DNA from: Chrysomallon squamiferum
Lineage: Eukaryota > Animalia > Mollusca
Assembly (NCBI GenBank): GCA_012295275.1
Contig: CM022667.1
Location: 21,204,001 to 21,268,000, forward strand
Length of the DNA stretch: 64,000 nucleotides
Reading direction: 5' to 3'
Made by a program: the position numbers and the translations under genes. The notes beneath the pieces were generated by a model. The model was given only the letters and a program-made list of their open reading frames with translations. It did no database searches and had not been told where the DNA came from. This document shows positions 14,601 to 26,671 of the stretch, piece after piece (position 1 is the stretch's first letter; each line of letters starts with the position of its first letter).

Positions 14601-17600
14601 AGTTTGTGTATTTAAACTACTTACTTGACAGCAGTTTGTGTATTTAAACTACTTGCTTGACACCAGTTTGATGTGTATTTAAACTACTTACTTGACAGCA
14701 GTTTGTGTATTTAAACTACTTGTTTGACACCAGTTTGATGTGTATTTAAACTACTTGCTTGACACCAGTTTGATGTGTATTTAAACTACTTACTTGACAG
14801 CAGTTTGTGTATTTAAACTACTTGCTTGACACCAGTTTGATGTGTATTTAAACTACTTGCTTGACAGCAGTTTGATGTGTATTTAAACTACTTACTTGAC
14901 AGCAGTTTGGTGTGTATTTAAACTACTTGCTTGATAGCTGTTTGATGTGTATTTAAACTACTTACTTGACAGCAGTTTGTGTATTTAAACTACTTACTTG
15001 ACAGCAGTTTGATGTGTATTTAAACTACTTACTTGACAGCAGTTTGATGTGTATATTTAAACTACTTACTTGACAGGTTAGCAGGTTCATTATTGACCAG
15101 CTCAGTGTGATCACATCACAGAAGTCAGATGATGAATGGCGGCTTGATGGACAAATTGTATTGAGGTAAAAACAACAATTTTTTAATAAAACAAAAATCT
15201 ATTTTATTGATTTATTCAGTATTGTGTTTATATTTTTTTACTGTTACTTTTTGTTTGTTTTTTTGTTTGGATGGGGTAATCTTTAAAAGACACATAATCA
15301 TGGTTTATATAAGTCCCTCTTTTATTTGTTATTAAAAACCATTTATTTCTAATAACTATAGCAGGATAATAGCAAGTGCAAGAAGATGAATGCAAAGACT
15401 AAATGTTTTTGACTTTTAAAATTTATATATAAATGTGAGTGAAAAAAGTTATAAATAAAAAAGTTTTAATTAATACTAATGAGAGGACATTTTGCAGTTG
15501 TCTTCTTTAATTCATTCTATTAATATTTTTCTCATATTTCTTAAATTTTAATAGAAAATATATTTATTTATTTATTTATTTTTGACTTAACCACTTCTGT
15601 TTATTCAAACTATTTTTGCAGTCTTGGAAACACAATGTGGCTTGACCCACTAGTCAAACGTTCTTTGCTTCAAAGTGTAAATGTTGTCACAAACAAATTT
15701 AATGTCCGTAAGGAGCTGATAAAAAACAAACTGGCTGTTGACAACCCTGAGGTAGAATACAAAAACAAAATATTTATGTTTATTCCGTTTCAGTTTTCAT
15801 CTTTATGTTTTTATCTAAAATACGGATTTGCAATATTTAATCAGATACATTGAGGATATCTGCTTAACTGAAAAAAGTACAAAATCATAATGTTCAGTAG
15901 AAAATCTACACCTTACAAATGCTTAATAACTGTTAAGAATAACTGTTATTTCTATAACAATCTGTAAACACTTTACTGATCTGCAAATTATTAACAATTC
16001 ATATTTTTATAGTACAATATATTAAGTCAATTTTTACAGCTAACTGTGATACACTGTTTGAAGATTTTAAGTTATACTCTATTTGATAATTTTGTAGCAC
16101 ATTACCAATTTGTATGAGCTGTGCAAGGATTTGGTGGATCAACCATTGGAACATCTTTATGAGAAAAAGTAAATCCAATTACTATAATATCTTCTTATAG
16201 ATATTAAATATAACTTACTTGATAGAATGCCTATTTGTTTTTCTCTCTTTCTGTCCGTCCCTCCCTCTCTCCCACACCGATAAATAATCTCTCTATTTGT
16301 GTATGTACCTTTTTTCTTCTTTTATCTCTTTCTCTTCTTTTGGAATTGCATTGTCAGTAGAAATTGATATAAAAACATTCACAAAATGCCTTATAATGCC
16401 CTGCTTGTTAGATAACAGTATGTTTACAACAGTTTTATATTTATATTTACTTACTGTTGACATTTATGATTTCTCAGACTTTTATCATTTGTGGATAGTG
16501 TCATCCCATTTGGTCAAAATAACTTGTCTACCAAATTAGCTGGTAATGAACATGGCCTCTTCATAGCTTTTCATAGTTTCTTCATGGCTTTTGTGAATAA
16601 AGCTCTATTTATACAAACTTTCATTAGAGGTGGACAATGGTTTATTTAACAATATATGTTCTCTATAGTACATAAGAAGACATTTTTGAAAAGGAAAACA
16701 AAGTCACACTTACCATTCCAAAAATGGCTGGTTTATGCAAGGTAGAATTTGTGCAGTCTAATGGTGGAAAACAACAAGTTTTGTTAGATGGTTATGCGTA
16801 CAGCCAAAGTCGCATTAATGAAGAAACCACATATTGGAGATGCACCCAATGACCCTGTGTTGGCAAGATCACCACTGTTGCTGGGTTTTTTAGAAACAGC
16901 TTCAGTCATGACCATCCTCTGAATAATGAAACTACTGCCAAGTTCGTTAGTACTTGAAAAAGATAACATGATCCGAAACAACACCTATGCAACAGATCTT
17001 CAACTTCGAGTTGGTGAAGGAAGACATCCCCAAATTTTCAGTGTCATGAGTTCCATGTGCTGACAGAGATGAAGCTTGATGCCTGCTCTCATATAGACAC
17101 TCCAAATGTCAATCTGCAAGGACCATGGTTGCAAACACGTAATGGCAAGAGATTCTTCTTATTCAGTGACAGTGATGCAGATAAGATGGGTTTTTTCTCT
17201 ACCAAAAATAAATTATGGCTTTTCCAAGAAGCAGACAAGATCTCTATGGATGCTGTCCACACCTCTGGAACCAACACTACATCCTGCATGCCCCTAAAGA
17301 TGACTAGACTGACCCACTAGTGTATACCTTGCTTCCAGACCGACAGATACTACCTGTGTATGACTGTTTGAGAACCTGAAGACCCATGTTCAGCACCTGT
17401 TCAACCAAATAGTGGGTGCTGATTGTGTACAGACAGTGCAGCTATCTGTGCAGTGGGAAAGTCATTTCCTAATGCAGACATCAAAGACTGCATGTTTCAC
17501 TACAAACAGGTCACTTGGTGCAAGACACAACAGAAAGGCCTAGCCAAACAGTACAAGAATGACAATGATGTGAAAAGAGAAGAGCTGCCAGTCTGCCACT

Positions 17601-20448
17601 ACTTCCGATAAATGCAGTCCAGAACATGTGGTTGCAATGGGAACCATCACAGCAGTATCCAGAGCTGTTAAATTCAAAGATTACATAATGACAACAAGCT
17701 TTCCTCTTTGCATGTGGAATCACTTCATGAATGCTGGCCGAAGAACAAACAACAGTCTGGAAGTGTGAGTCTGCAGATGTATACCAGATATGTGGACTTG
17801 ATCAAGGGAATAGAGAAATGTGAAAGAGAAAACTTGGTGCAGTTGAATGCACCTCCACGGAGGAAGAGAATCTACCAGGAATTCAACAACAGAGTCAGTC
17901 ACCTCAAGCAGCAACTCACTGCCAGAACCAGGACATCCCTGCAACCTGGACGCCATTGGTCACCATTGGTTGCAGGGATTGCCTTCTGCTTTAATTACTT
18001 ACAGATATATATAGATTTACATTCAGTATATAGATTTATTTTGATGTTTGTCTTATTTGCATACTTTATGCAATAAGTGATATCCATTCTTTGTAGACAT
18101 CAATAATCGGTTTCCACATAATCTGATATTGTTCATTATAATGACTGAGGTAACAACATATATATCAGTAAGACCACTGAATATATTTATGGTTGATTTA
18201 GCAGTTTGACCAAATGGGAGTAAGCCTTCTGGACCATATTAGTCCATTAAATTGATGATCCACAGTAGTTAATTTGTTTATTGCATATGACTAGATTATA
18301 ATGTCCACTAATGCCAAACTAAATGTCTTACTAGTTTTACGTTTCTTTTTTCAATCAGTCCAGATGAGATGATAGAAAGAGAGGTTTTGCCAGACGATGT
18401 GGAATTCCATGATGTGATAGTTTCTGCTGTTGAGAGTCCAGATTTGTTCTTCATACAAAGACTAGAGAAAATGGACCAGTAAGCTACACAGTTCTCATGA
18501 CATTGTATTAACTGACAGTAAATAGTGGGAGAAAAATCTTTTGTCTTTATAAATTTGTATAAACATAAAAGTAAATATATTCAGAGTATAGTATTGAAGT
18601 ATTTTTCTTTTCTTTATAATGTGAGAGCAGACCCATGCAAATTAAAAACTGCATTTATTGTTGATGTTCTTGCTGATTGCACTAGAAACTGGAGGTGTTA
18701 AAATACTTTGGTAATCTCAGGTTACAAGACATGCTGGATGATATTAACAAGAAGATGGCTACCTCAGCTCTTAAGATTCCACTGGACACACTGACTACTG
18801 GCAGCCTGTGCCTGGCTGTCTTTTCAGAAGACATCAGGTTAGTAGAACCTAAATGTGATGTGAACTGGTGCAAAAACAACATGTAGACTTTTATTAATTA
18901 TTTGTACATACAATCTTTACTGATAGTAAAATATAACTGTAAATATCATGAGGCTAGTGTTTCAGATAAATAAATGACTGCATTCTTTCAGTATTTTAAT
19001 TTAACCAATGAGTTTCATTTAATCTGTCAAAACATACTCATATCATCTTCTTTTTGTTCACTTGTTGTTTACACGTCGAGGCCAGCAGTAACTAAGAACA
19101 AAACTGTTCTCTGAAGATCACATCTTGTATCATAATTCCCACTATTTTATTTACAGCATTATACAGAATAATAAAATAATAATAACAAGAAGAATAACAA
19201 TAAATAATTATATATTTTGAAACTGTCTTTAACTTTTTATTTCTTAAAAAGATACTTCAATTTTATGTGATAAAGTTTTTCTTTAATGTTTTGCATTTTT
19301 TTCAGGTGGTACAGAGGAAAGGTCATGTCTGTTACTGATGAAGGGTTTGAAGTGTTCTTCTTTGACTATGGTGATAAAGAACTTGTTGATAAATGTAAAG
19401 TGAAGCCTCTGCCACAGGAATACACCCAACTTCCCTGTCAAGCCATTCAGTGTAGATTACATGGTCTGAAGCCTAAAGGTATGCAAAAAGTTATTAATGG
19501 AATGAAGTAATAATAATAATAATTAAAATCTTAATAAGTATAACTGTTATGAAACTGTTATTATCTACAACAAACAGAATCTTTGATTATAAAATTAGTT
19601 ATTAATTTTATTTGTACCAATTGTAAATTAACACAGTATTTGAACCAATGTGGGTTATTTTAGGAGAAGTTTGGGATGATCAAGCCGGCAGTGCATTGTT
19701 AGACATGGCATTATTCCTTTCAAGTGAGAAGCGATTCCTGGTTGTCAAGGTAATATATACATATATATCCTTTCTCCTTTCTCCACTTTACTCTTTCACA
19801 CATTGACTTTCTCTCTGTCACTCTCTCTTTCTTTCTTTTCTTCTGCTACATGGCAGAAATAAACACTGTTATTGATTTTCAGGTGATCTCTCTTAACTCG
19901 CAGACGTACACTGTTTCTCTGTATGACACAACATCAGTTGAAGATTTGAACCTAGCACAAGAATTAGTATGGAAAGGGTATGCAAGCCGTGACCAAGGTG
20001 GAGATTTAACGGTGACTGTTTTTTTCTTATTTTAAAAAAAATTTTAATTTGTTTATTTTTTATTTATTTATTTATTTATTTATTGTTTTGTTTGTTTTCT
20101 TCATTAATTTATACATCATGCTGCATTTCATGTTCACTAATTATTGTTTTCTAATTTTAATGTATATAATATGTGTAAGTGTATATATATATTTATATAT
20201 ATAATTGTTTTAATTTGATTTCAGGATCTATTTAAAATTTCATTAGTGCCAAGTCTTGAAAATTACTCAAATAATCTCCAGAAAATAGAGGATCTTTGTT
20301 CTCTAGTTTATTGGTCACATGTAAGTAACCTTTTAAATATTTTTTATTTATTTCTTTTAATTTTATTTATTTTAATTTAATTTTAATTTTATTTTATTTG
20401 AAAAGAGGTTTATTAATTCAGACCTAACAGAATTTTTATTTGTTTATT

Positions 20449-20512
<64 letters not shown>

Positions 20513-23500
20513 GTTGTATTTGTTTGTTGTATTTGTTTATTTATTTTGGGTGTGATTTTAGGGGTTTTTTTGTTTACCTTTTTTAATAAAAAATGAGAAC
20601 ATGAAATAATTCAGTATTTCAGTGGTTAGAGTATAATCCAGTGCATAAAGGATTTGTGATCAATCATCTTTAGGTGTTTCTCATTGCAACCAAGCCAGTT
20701 TTGTCAGACTTCTGCAGCATGTGTATTTCTACTACTGAATGATTCATATAAAATATTTTGATTTAAATGAGTTTCTGATCTCTTATCATTGTATACATAT
20801 AGAATGTTAGAAAGAATTTACATAATAATTATTGACATTAAAATATATTGAGTACTAAATATATTAAAAAAAAAAAAAAAAAAAAATTCCATCCTCAAAG
20901 ATGAACTGAAATATTTTCATTAATAATCTGGCTTTTTTTCTGTCTTCAACAGTTCACTGACTCAGACCTGGCTGTCAGCAAAAGTGATGCAGTTCAGTGT
21001 ATTATAACAGAAAGCTTGCAGTCCTCAGAGTAAATCTTAACAGATATTAATATGTCTTTCGTGTTTATTGTGTTGCTGTGTTGTAAAAATATGAAACGAT
21101 TGTTGTTCTTTTTTTTCTAATTTAATATCTTAATATTATGTAGAGAATTGCCATTTAAACATTTCTAATTTCTATTTAACATGTATATAAAGAATTAATT
21201 TGTTGCTAATATCTTTTAATTATTATTCTTTGTTATGTTTTAAAATCTACTAAGTTTTTAATACATTTAAGAAATGTGTTTGTTTATGTTTTGCAATGTA
21301 TATTACAGCTTTAAGGAATCTTTATTGGAAAGCAGGGCACATGTATATATGTGCATGATGATTCGTTACCTGACTAATGTACAGGCTCATGAGAAAATAT
21401 TGCACAGTATCACACAAGCAATGCTGCACTCAGAAAGGTTGGCAACTCTTACTACTGAAATAAATCAGTATTTTAATGTGATTATTGATGTCTGCAAGTA
21501 GCCAACTGCTTGTGTTAACATTCAGTTTTGTTCAAACAGTTTATCAGTTTTTTTTTTTTTTTCTTTTGTTAGTCTAAATTTTATTTTTATTTTATTTTAC
21601 ACATATACACAGACACATACATCTAGTATGTGCTCCTGATTGATAACATCGCTGTTAAATATATTTAATTAATTTTTCTGTCTTAATATAGTGTTTGTCA
21701 AGCATTCCTTGGTGAAGGAATCTGTCTATCACTACTTCGCTGTATTGAACAGGTAAGTAAACCAGTATATTTCTCAGTACACTTTGAACACAGCCTAAAA
21801 CAGGTTCTATTTCTGAAAGCAACAAGACTGTGGACAATTTGAAAAGATCATTACAGTTTATTATTATAATTATAAATTTTAATTAAAAAAAAAAACACCA
21901 TTCTTATAGAAATAATTTTTATCTATACATTTCAGGTTAAAAGCAGATCACAAAATTTAAATGGCATCACAGTAGCACAAATTCTGTTCTTTATCATTCT
22001 GTTTGTTCTTTCTTTATTAATCAGTGGGATTATTTTTTAAAAATCTAATGTTAGTATTCCCATTTGTGGATATTTAACCACTAAAAGATCCACATAATCA
22101 ATCAGCAGTCTCTGTTCAACCTACAATCATTGATTTTTTGACCACTGAAATAAGTTATTGTCAATTAAAAGTATTTCATATAATTCTTGTTTACAATAAT
22201 GTTATCATTATTTTTAGATATGTAATTTCATCAAAATTCGAATGGTAGAAATTGGAAATTTATTGAAATGCACAGTTTTAATATTTAAGGAGACTATGAA
22301 TATTTTAAATAAAAAAGCAATAAAATTAAACAAGTTAATGTTCAGCCATTTTATGCAAATACATTTTCTATAATGGTATTTTTTTCCAAATTACATAATT
22401 ATTGATAACAAAGAATATATGCCATACTGTATTATGGTTTGATTTTCTGTTTAATGTATTTTGAATAATTAGTAGGTCTTATTACTAATTAATTTTGTTA
22501 TCTTTTTACATAAAAATTTACATTATGCTTTTTCTAGACTCTGATTCCAGAAATACAACAGCAAGCCTGCCAAGCTATGTGTGAGCTGTTAGTGAGTGTG
22601 AAGTGAGTTGTTTTGTAAAATTGTTTTCACTCTTAATGTCAGGAATTATGTCGATGATGCTAAGTTTCTGATTTTCAGCATAGCATAATTTACAAGACAG
22701 GGAACATTTGTGAATGGTAGAATAGCTGAAAGTGTAAAATTAATTTTACTGATACAGATGTTGCATTTGTTGATGTCCTAAAATGATATATAGCACATTG
22801 TGATTTTTAGTTTGAACGGACCAAAATTTGTCAGAGAGAGACTGATTTGATTGATTGAAATACTGTTCCATATCCTGATATAACAGAAATTTAAAGATCT
22901 TATAGTAACACTTTTTTCTTCTTTTTTTCAGATTTAGGTCAGCTTTATGTGAATTAAATCCATTTTTAACATTAACTGACTATCTGAACACAATATCTGA
23001 AACACAGGTGAGATGTTATTTATTTCACACAGGTAACATGTTATTTAATTAAACAGAAAATATTTTTTTCATTTTATAATGCAGGTAAGATGTTATTCAG
23101 ATATTAATCTAGGAAATGTTTATCTAGGAACAGATAACTGTTATTATCTACAGGTAACTAATAGATTATCCTAAAAGATGTTTTACTAATTCCTACATTT
23201 TATTGTTTTTCATTCTTTCTTCAAGTCTTGACATTTAATTGTTATATTTCTAGATTCAGTGTTCAGTATACAAGTTGGTGACAGTTCTGCTTTATGATTC
23301 AGAAAGGTGAGTTCAAAGAAAAAGAACAAATAAGATTTTTGGTGGAAATGTTTAAAATATTGTTATAATTGGTATTAAATGTTTTTGTGTCATGTTTTGT
23401 ATAATGTTGTAAAAAACATCTTGTGCAGCCAAGCATATGTTACTAATTAGCAGCAATTCAGAACATTTCATGTGAAAATATCTGCTAAGAATTGTGCAGT

Positions 23501-24153
23501 GTAATGGGAAGTAGGCCAGTGAGACTGTTGATGAGTCCAGCTTACTATTACCTCCTGTTCAGCTGTAAATCAGCTTCATAGACCTGTGTTTAGAGGATGT
23601 AGATGTAAATGGTGGGTGGAGGGACAAAAAACAAATTGTGATACTTACAAGGAAAAATGAACATTTCTATTTTTATATTATTTTATTATTTTTTTTTTTG
23701 TTCTTCAGGATCAGCTCCAAGTTGAAATTATCTGGCCTGTGTAAGAAATCAGCTGACTCTCTATCAAAAACAAACAACCATCAGCTGACAGAAAACATTC
23801 TGCAGTTCTTTGCTCAGTTGGCTTCCTTGGACAGGTCATCTACATGTCTTTTTTTTATACATTTTGTAATTTTGTTTATTTTTAAACATGGTAAGATGTG
23901 TGTCTGTGTCCGTGTTTGTATGTGTGTGTATTTTTCTGAATGAGAAAGGATAAATCTATTGAAAAGTAAATATTTTATGTTGTGTCTTGTGTTTTCAGTT
24001 GCCATTCTGAGATAAAACGTGATGCTGTCATGGAAGCTGTTATCACCAAAATGAGCAGCTCTGTCTGTAATGAGGTATTTCTAATATGTACATTCAAATT
24101 TTATTACAGCATCTATGTTTCAAATACATGCACAATCACACAGTCACACAAAA

Positions 24154-24184
<31 letters not shown>

Positions 24185-26222
24185 GAAATCAAAGGCAGAA
24201 GAATAATGGAGATGAGTAAATAAGATTACTATGTTTTAAATATCCACCATGTAGAAGCCTTTCCTAAACCCACAGTTTTTTGTCTCTGTTACATTTCTGT
24301 CATTTAATTTCAGTGTATTTACCAGTGTGCTTCCTTCTGTGAATATCTGTCTAATGCGAGTCGTAAAAACAAAACATTACTTCTAGAACACAAAGTAGTA
24401 GTTGTGTTAAATAGGTGAGTTATAAAAACATTACTTCAACAGAATGAAATAATATTTGCTTGATTATTTCTTCAGTATTTGCGCACCAGCAGTAAAGTTC
24501 TGATTTAATGTATTATAATTCTGCAGATGATCTTTTCACTGGGCCATTGATTATATCATGTTCCAGAAATCAAAGACCAAAGTTAGAATTTTCAAATATA
24601 TTCTCATATATTAAGTATAATAAGAAACAATTTTTTAATACATAAATGTGTTGAGATCAGGTTACATTTGTATTTGCTTATTCATTCATCATTACAGTTT
24701 GTTGAATCAGCCTCTGGGTAGTAAGACTCGGGAACTCTGTCAGACTCTTCAAACATCCCTGGCAATACCAGTGCCTGAACAGCAGGTGATAACTGGTCAG
24801 TACTACAGGGGTGATGATAGTGACAGGTGAGCCATGTACATTACAATCTCTACTTTATCAAAGACACTGGTATATTCCTGGGAAGGTCCATATTTTTGTT
24901 CCATATTATATAGTGAATAGTATGTTTTTTCTGCCTTTTTTTTAAGATCAGCGCTGGTTGTCATGTGGGTTCAGAATACATTTAAAATTCTTCTCACAGT
25001 GAAAGTCAGTGGAGCAGAGAAAGATAATTTTGAAGTGAAGGAAAATTCAGTTCACTTCAGGTTTGTTTGCAGTTTGATTTTTATTCATAGATAAAAATGT
25101 GCAACAGTTGGCAGTTTGTACACTTTTATAAATTCTCCTTGAAACTTTTCTTCTGGACTACATTTAAATTTTTTCAGATTAAAAAATAAAAAAATTATTT
25201 ATTTCATTTTAATTGATTCAACATTGTAACTATGGAATATAGTTTTTCTTAAATGCAGTGTTTGCTGTTGGGTATTTATATTATCCTGCAAGTTTGACAT
25301 GCAGTTTGAGTAACTGGAATTAGCAGAATCAGATAATGAACAAACTGTTGTTCTTTAGTGTTATCCACTTAAATAAACATTCTGTGAAATAAAAATGGAA
25401 GTTAAAATGTACATAAACCAGTGGTATCTTTTTTCTTGTAGAAGATATTCAGATGGTGTTACCCAGAAGTTTGATTATGAACTGTTTGGTGAGATTATTC
25501 CAGAAAAAACTGAAATTTCTGTCCATTCTAATGAAGCTGTGTTATCACTGAGAAAACTTGAAAAAGGAAAATGGAGTCGGCTGATGAAAGATAAACAGAA
25601 GGTAAAAATATTTTATAGAGAAAATGATCTTCATTAGTATGCATGCATGTGTATTTGAGTGAGTGAGTGAGTGTATGTGTATGTGTGTGTGTGTGTGTGT
25701 GTGTGTCAGTAGATCTAATATTACATATTATCACTGTTAGTTATATCAGATATAACACATTTTTCATTACAGAATACCAGTGTTCTACTTGACTTTGAGA
25801 AGATGAATGTTAGTTCTGACAATGAGCTTTCAGATGAAGAAACTCCATTTGTTCTTTGGACAAGTGTGTATACAAAACTGAAAATAGTATAGATAAACGT
25901 TTAAAACAAATTAAACAATCCAGTTGAGAATAAGTAAGACTATTGTTAAAAGCCTGGAACAAATAGAAAAGACATCTTCATCCAACTATTATTTTTACAA
26001 ACTCACTTTCACATCCCTGGGATGTATTTAACATTCCTTTGTTCATTATTCTGTTGTAGTTTAGGTATACATTTTAATTAACAAGGTTTTTTTTAATTAT
26101 AGATACACTTTTCAACAAATTATAAGCTAGATAATGTTTAATCAGTTTTAAAAAACTTTCAAACAAAAAAAAAAAAAAACCATTTCTGCAATCATTTTAA
26201 GGGAATACCTTTATAAAATATT

Positions 26223-26253
<31 letters not shown>

Positions 26254-26420
26254 TTATTCATTTTTCAGAAAAATCAAAACTGCCTCGATCAGACACTCCT
26301 GTGAGAAAAGACCACCTTCAGTATCCAGTGTCCAGTGATGACAGTGACTCTGAAAATCCTCTCACACCCAGTGAAGAAGATGGTTATGGAGAAGATCCAC
26401 TTGATCTTTTTATTTTGTAA
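1..26420 (+). CDS. TDRD12: TDRD12-like putative RNA helicase/Tudor protein (piRNA pathway), 5'-partial, 40 exons visible
   Basis: Phase-consistent exons: <1-101, 429-605, 2036-2173, 5270-5371, 5824-5868, 6049-6240, 6455-6583, 6833-6953, 7557-7702, 8199-8339, 8660-8724, 9201-9300, 9469-9628, 10087-10144, 10865-10919, 11218-11307, 11505-11567, 15077-15165, 15622-15751, 16098-16168, 18359-18478, 18721-18837, 19306-19478, 19664-19749, 19883-20011, 20225-20320, 20953-21029, 21309-21437, 21692-21752, 22538-22602, 22932-23007, 23254-23306, 23709-23834, 23999-24074, 24314-24414, 24698-24826, 24947-25060, 25442-25601, 25773-25863, 26269-26420 (TAA). Motifs: PSAVQ..W (Q motif), SPPRSGKT, LILVPTWKKA, IATPPCL, VLDEAD, HFDLP, LCVYLKAFGTC...C...RH, Tudor VFFVDDG, LSLGNTMWLDP, RWYRGKV..FFFDYGD, C-terminal CS domain. 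Helicase+Tudor+CS is the TDRD12 architecture. Confidence 0.93.
102..428 (+). other. GC-AG intron in TDRD12
   Basis: Exon ends GAAAAG|GCAAGT at 101/102; acceptor CAACAG at 428; phase-0 join gives ...EEIEK-VYGDAPSAVQ. Confidence 0.75.
429..8339 (+). other. DEAD-box-like helicase core of TDRD12 (exons 429-8339)
   Basis: Walker A SGKT (429-605), motif Ia PTWKKA (2036-2173), Ib ATPP (5270-5371), II DEAD (5824-5868); motifs III, V and VI degenerate (FGSQW; TNDDCLMDLAI; VRLGSMSN). Confidence 0.9.
8660..9300 (+). other. CCCH-type zinc finger between helicase and Tudor
   Basis: Exons 8660-8724 + 9201-9300 join to LCVYLKAFGTCINKENECKDRH (C-x8-C-x6-C-x3-H). Confidence 0.75.
9664..9740. repeat. (GA)n microsatellite
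   Basis: GAGG/GA run in a TDRD12 intron. Confidence 0.95.
11594..11690. repeat. (CA)n, (TG)n and (GA)n compound microsatellite
   Basis: Visible dinucleotide runs just upstream of the minisatellite. Confidence 0.9.
11900..15076. repeat. Intronic minisatellite, ~90 units of 35/32 bp (ACAGCAGTTT[GAT]GTGTATTTAAACTACTTACTTG)
   Basis: Head-to-tail near-identical units ~12040-15076 with degenerate units ~11900-12040; no spacers; variants GAT/AAT/GGT/-, CTT/CCT, GCTTGACACC. Confidence 0.98.
16504..18219 (+). mobile_element. Decayed Mutator-like (MULE) DNA transposon with FLYWCH finger, in a TDRD12 intron
   Basis: From ATG 16724: MAGLCKVEFVQSNGGKQQVLLDGYAYSQSRINEETTYWRCTQ*PC...HDHP (FLYWCH-like). 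Later frames: FFLFSD..LWLFQEADKISMD; AICAVGKSFPNADIKDCMFHYKQVTWCKTQQKGLAKQYKND (MULE CxFH motif); RTNNSLE at ~17740. Stops and frameshifts throughout. 15-bp inverted repeat TCCCATTTGGTCAAA (16504-16518) / TTTGACCAAATGGGA (18205-18219). Confidence 0.85.
20225..24826 (+). other. Armadillo/HEAT-like helical repeat region within TDRD12 (~330 aa, 11 exons)
   Basis: Spliced translation shows ~42-43-aa amphipathic repeats, e.g. VCQAFLGEGICLSLLRCIEQTLIPEIQQQACQAMCELLVSVK / FRSALCELNPFLTLTDYLNTISETQIQCSVYKLVTVLLYDSER / ISSKLKLSGLCKKSADSLSKTNNHQLTENILQFFAQLASLDS. Confidence 0.65.
20450..20512. repeat. (TTG)n microsatellite
   Basis: ~20 perfect TTG units. Confidence 0.95.
24947..25863 (+). other. CS (p23/SGT1-like) domain of TDRD12
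   Basis: VMWVQNTFKILLTVKV...VHFR...FDYELFGEIIPEKTEISV...LSLRKLEKGKWSRLMKDKQK..VLLDFEK follows the CS pattern W-x-Q...L.LRK...W.RL...DF. Confidence 0.85.
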
Positions 26421-26665
26421 CCAATTTACAACACTGTGAAGAAAAACTGTTATTATACATTTATTTTTTTAATTATTGGTATAACAAATTTTCAGAAAGA
26501 AAGTCTTTAGTTGTTATTTCTAATCTTGTTGGAGAGATCATTTTAAAAAATTGTGATTTTAAGCTCTATAACAAAAGCGTTGAAGAATGAAATCAAAAGC
26601 TCGGAAGAATGAAATCAAAAGTGACCATTGCATTATCACTGACGAGACATTTTGATAATCTGTTG

Positions 26666-26671
26666 AATAAA
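26666..26671 (+). terminator. Candidate polyadenylation signal of TDRD12
   Basis: First AATAAA ~250 nt after the stop, followed by T-rich sequence; AATAAA is common in this AT-rich DNA. Confidence 0.35.

Larger units (their letters stand above)
9469..20011 (+). other. Two extended Tudor (Tudor-SN) domains of TDRD12
   Basis: First: HIEDASHFYMRL...YHRVKI...VFFVDDG...LPDELAAYPYQAVEVFLAHIRP. Second: VSAVESPDLFFIQ...GSLCLAVFSEDIRWYRGKV...FFFDYGDKE...LPCQAIQCRLHGLKP...W. Confidence 0.9.

Noticed and set aside
12040-15076. CRISPR-like array (32-35-bp repeats)
   Set aside because: Units are contiguous with no unique spacers, no cas genes are present, and the context is a eukaryotic intron; it is a minisatellite.
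12040-15076. U1 snRNA gene or pseudogene cluster
   Set aside because: Similarity covers only ~14 nt of the U1 5' end; no stem-loops or Sm site.
20620-20820. Possible degenerate tRNA-derived SINE (AGTGGTTAGAG A-box-like)
   Set aside because: No clear B box, cloverleaf or second copy in the window; cannot be supported without a repeat library.
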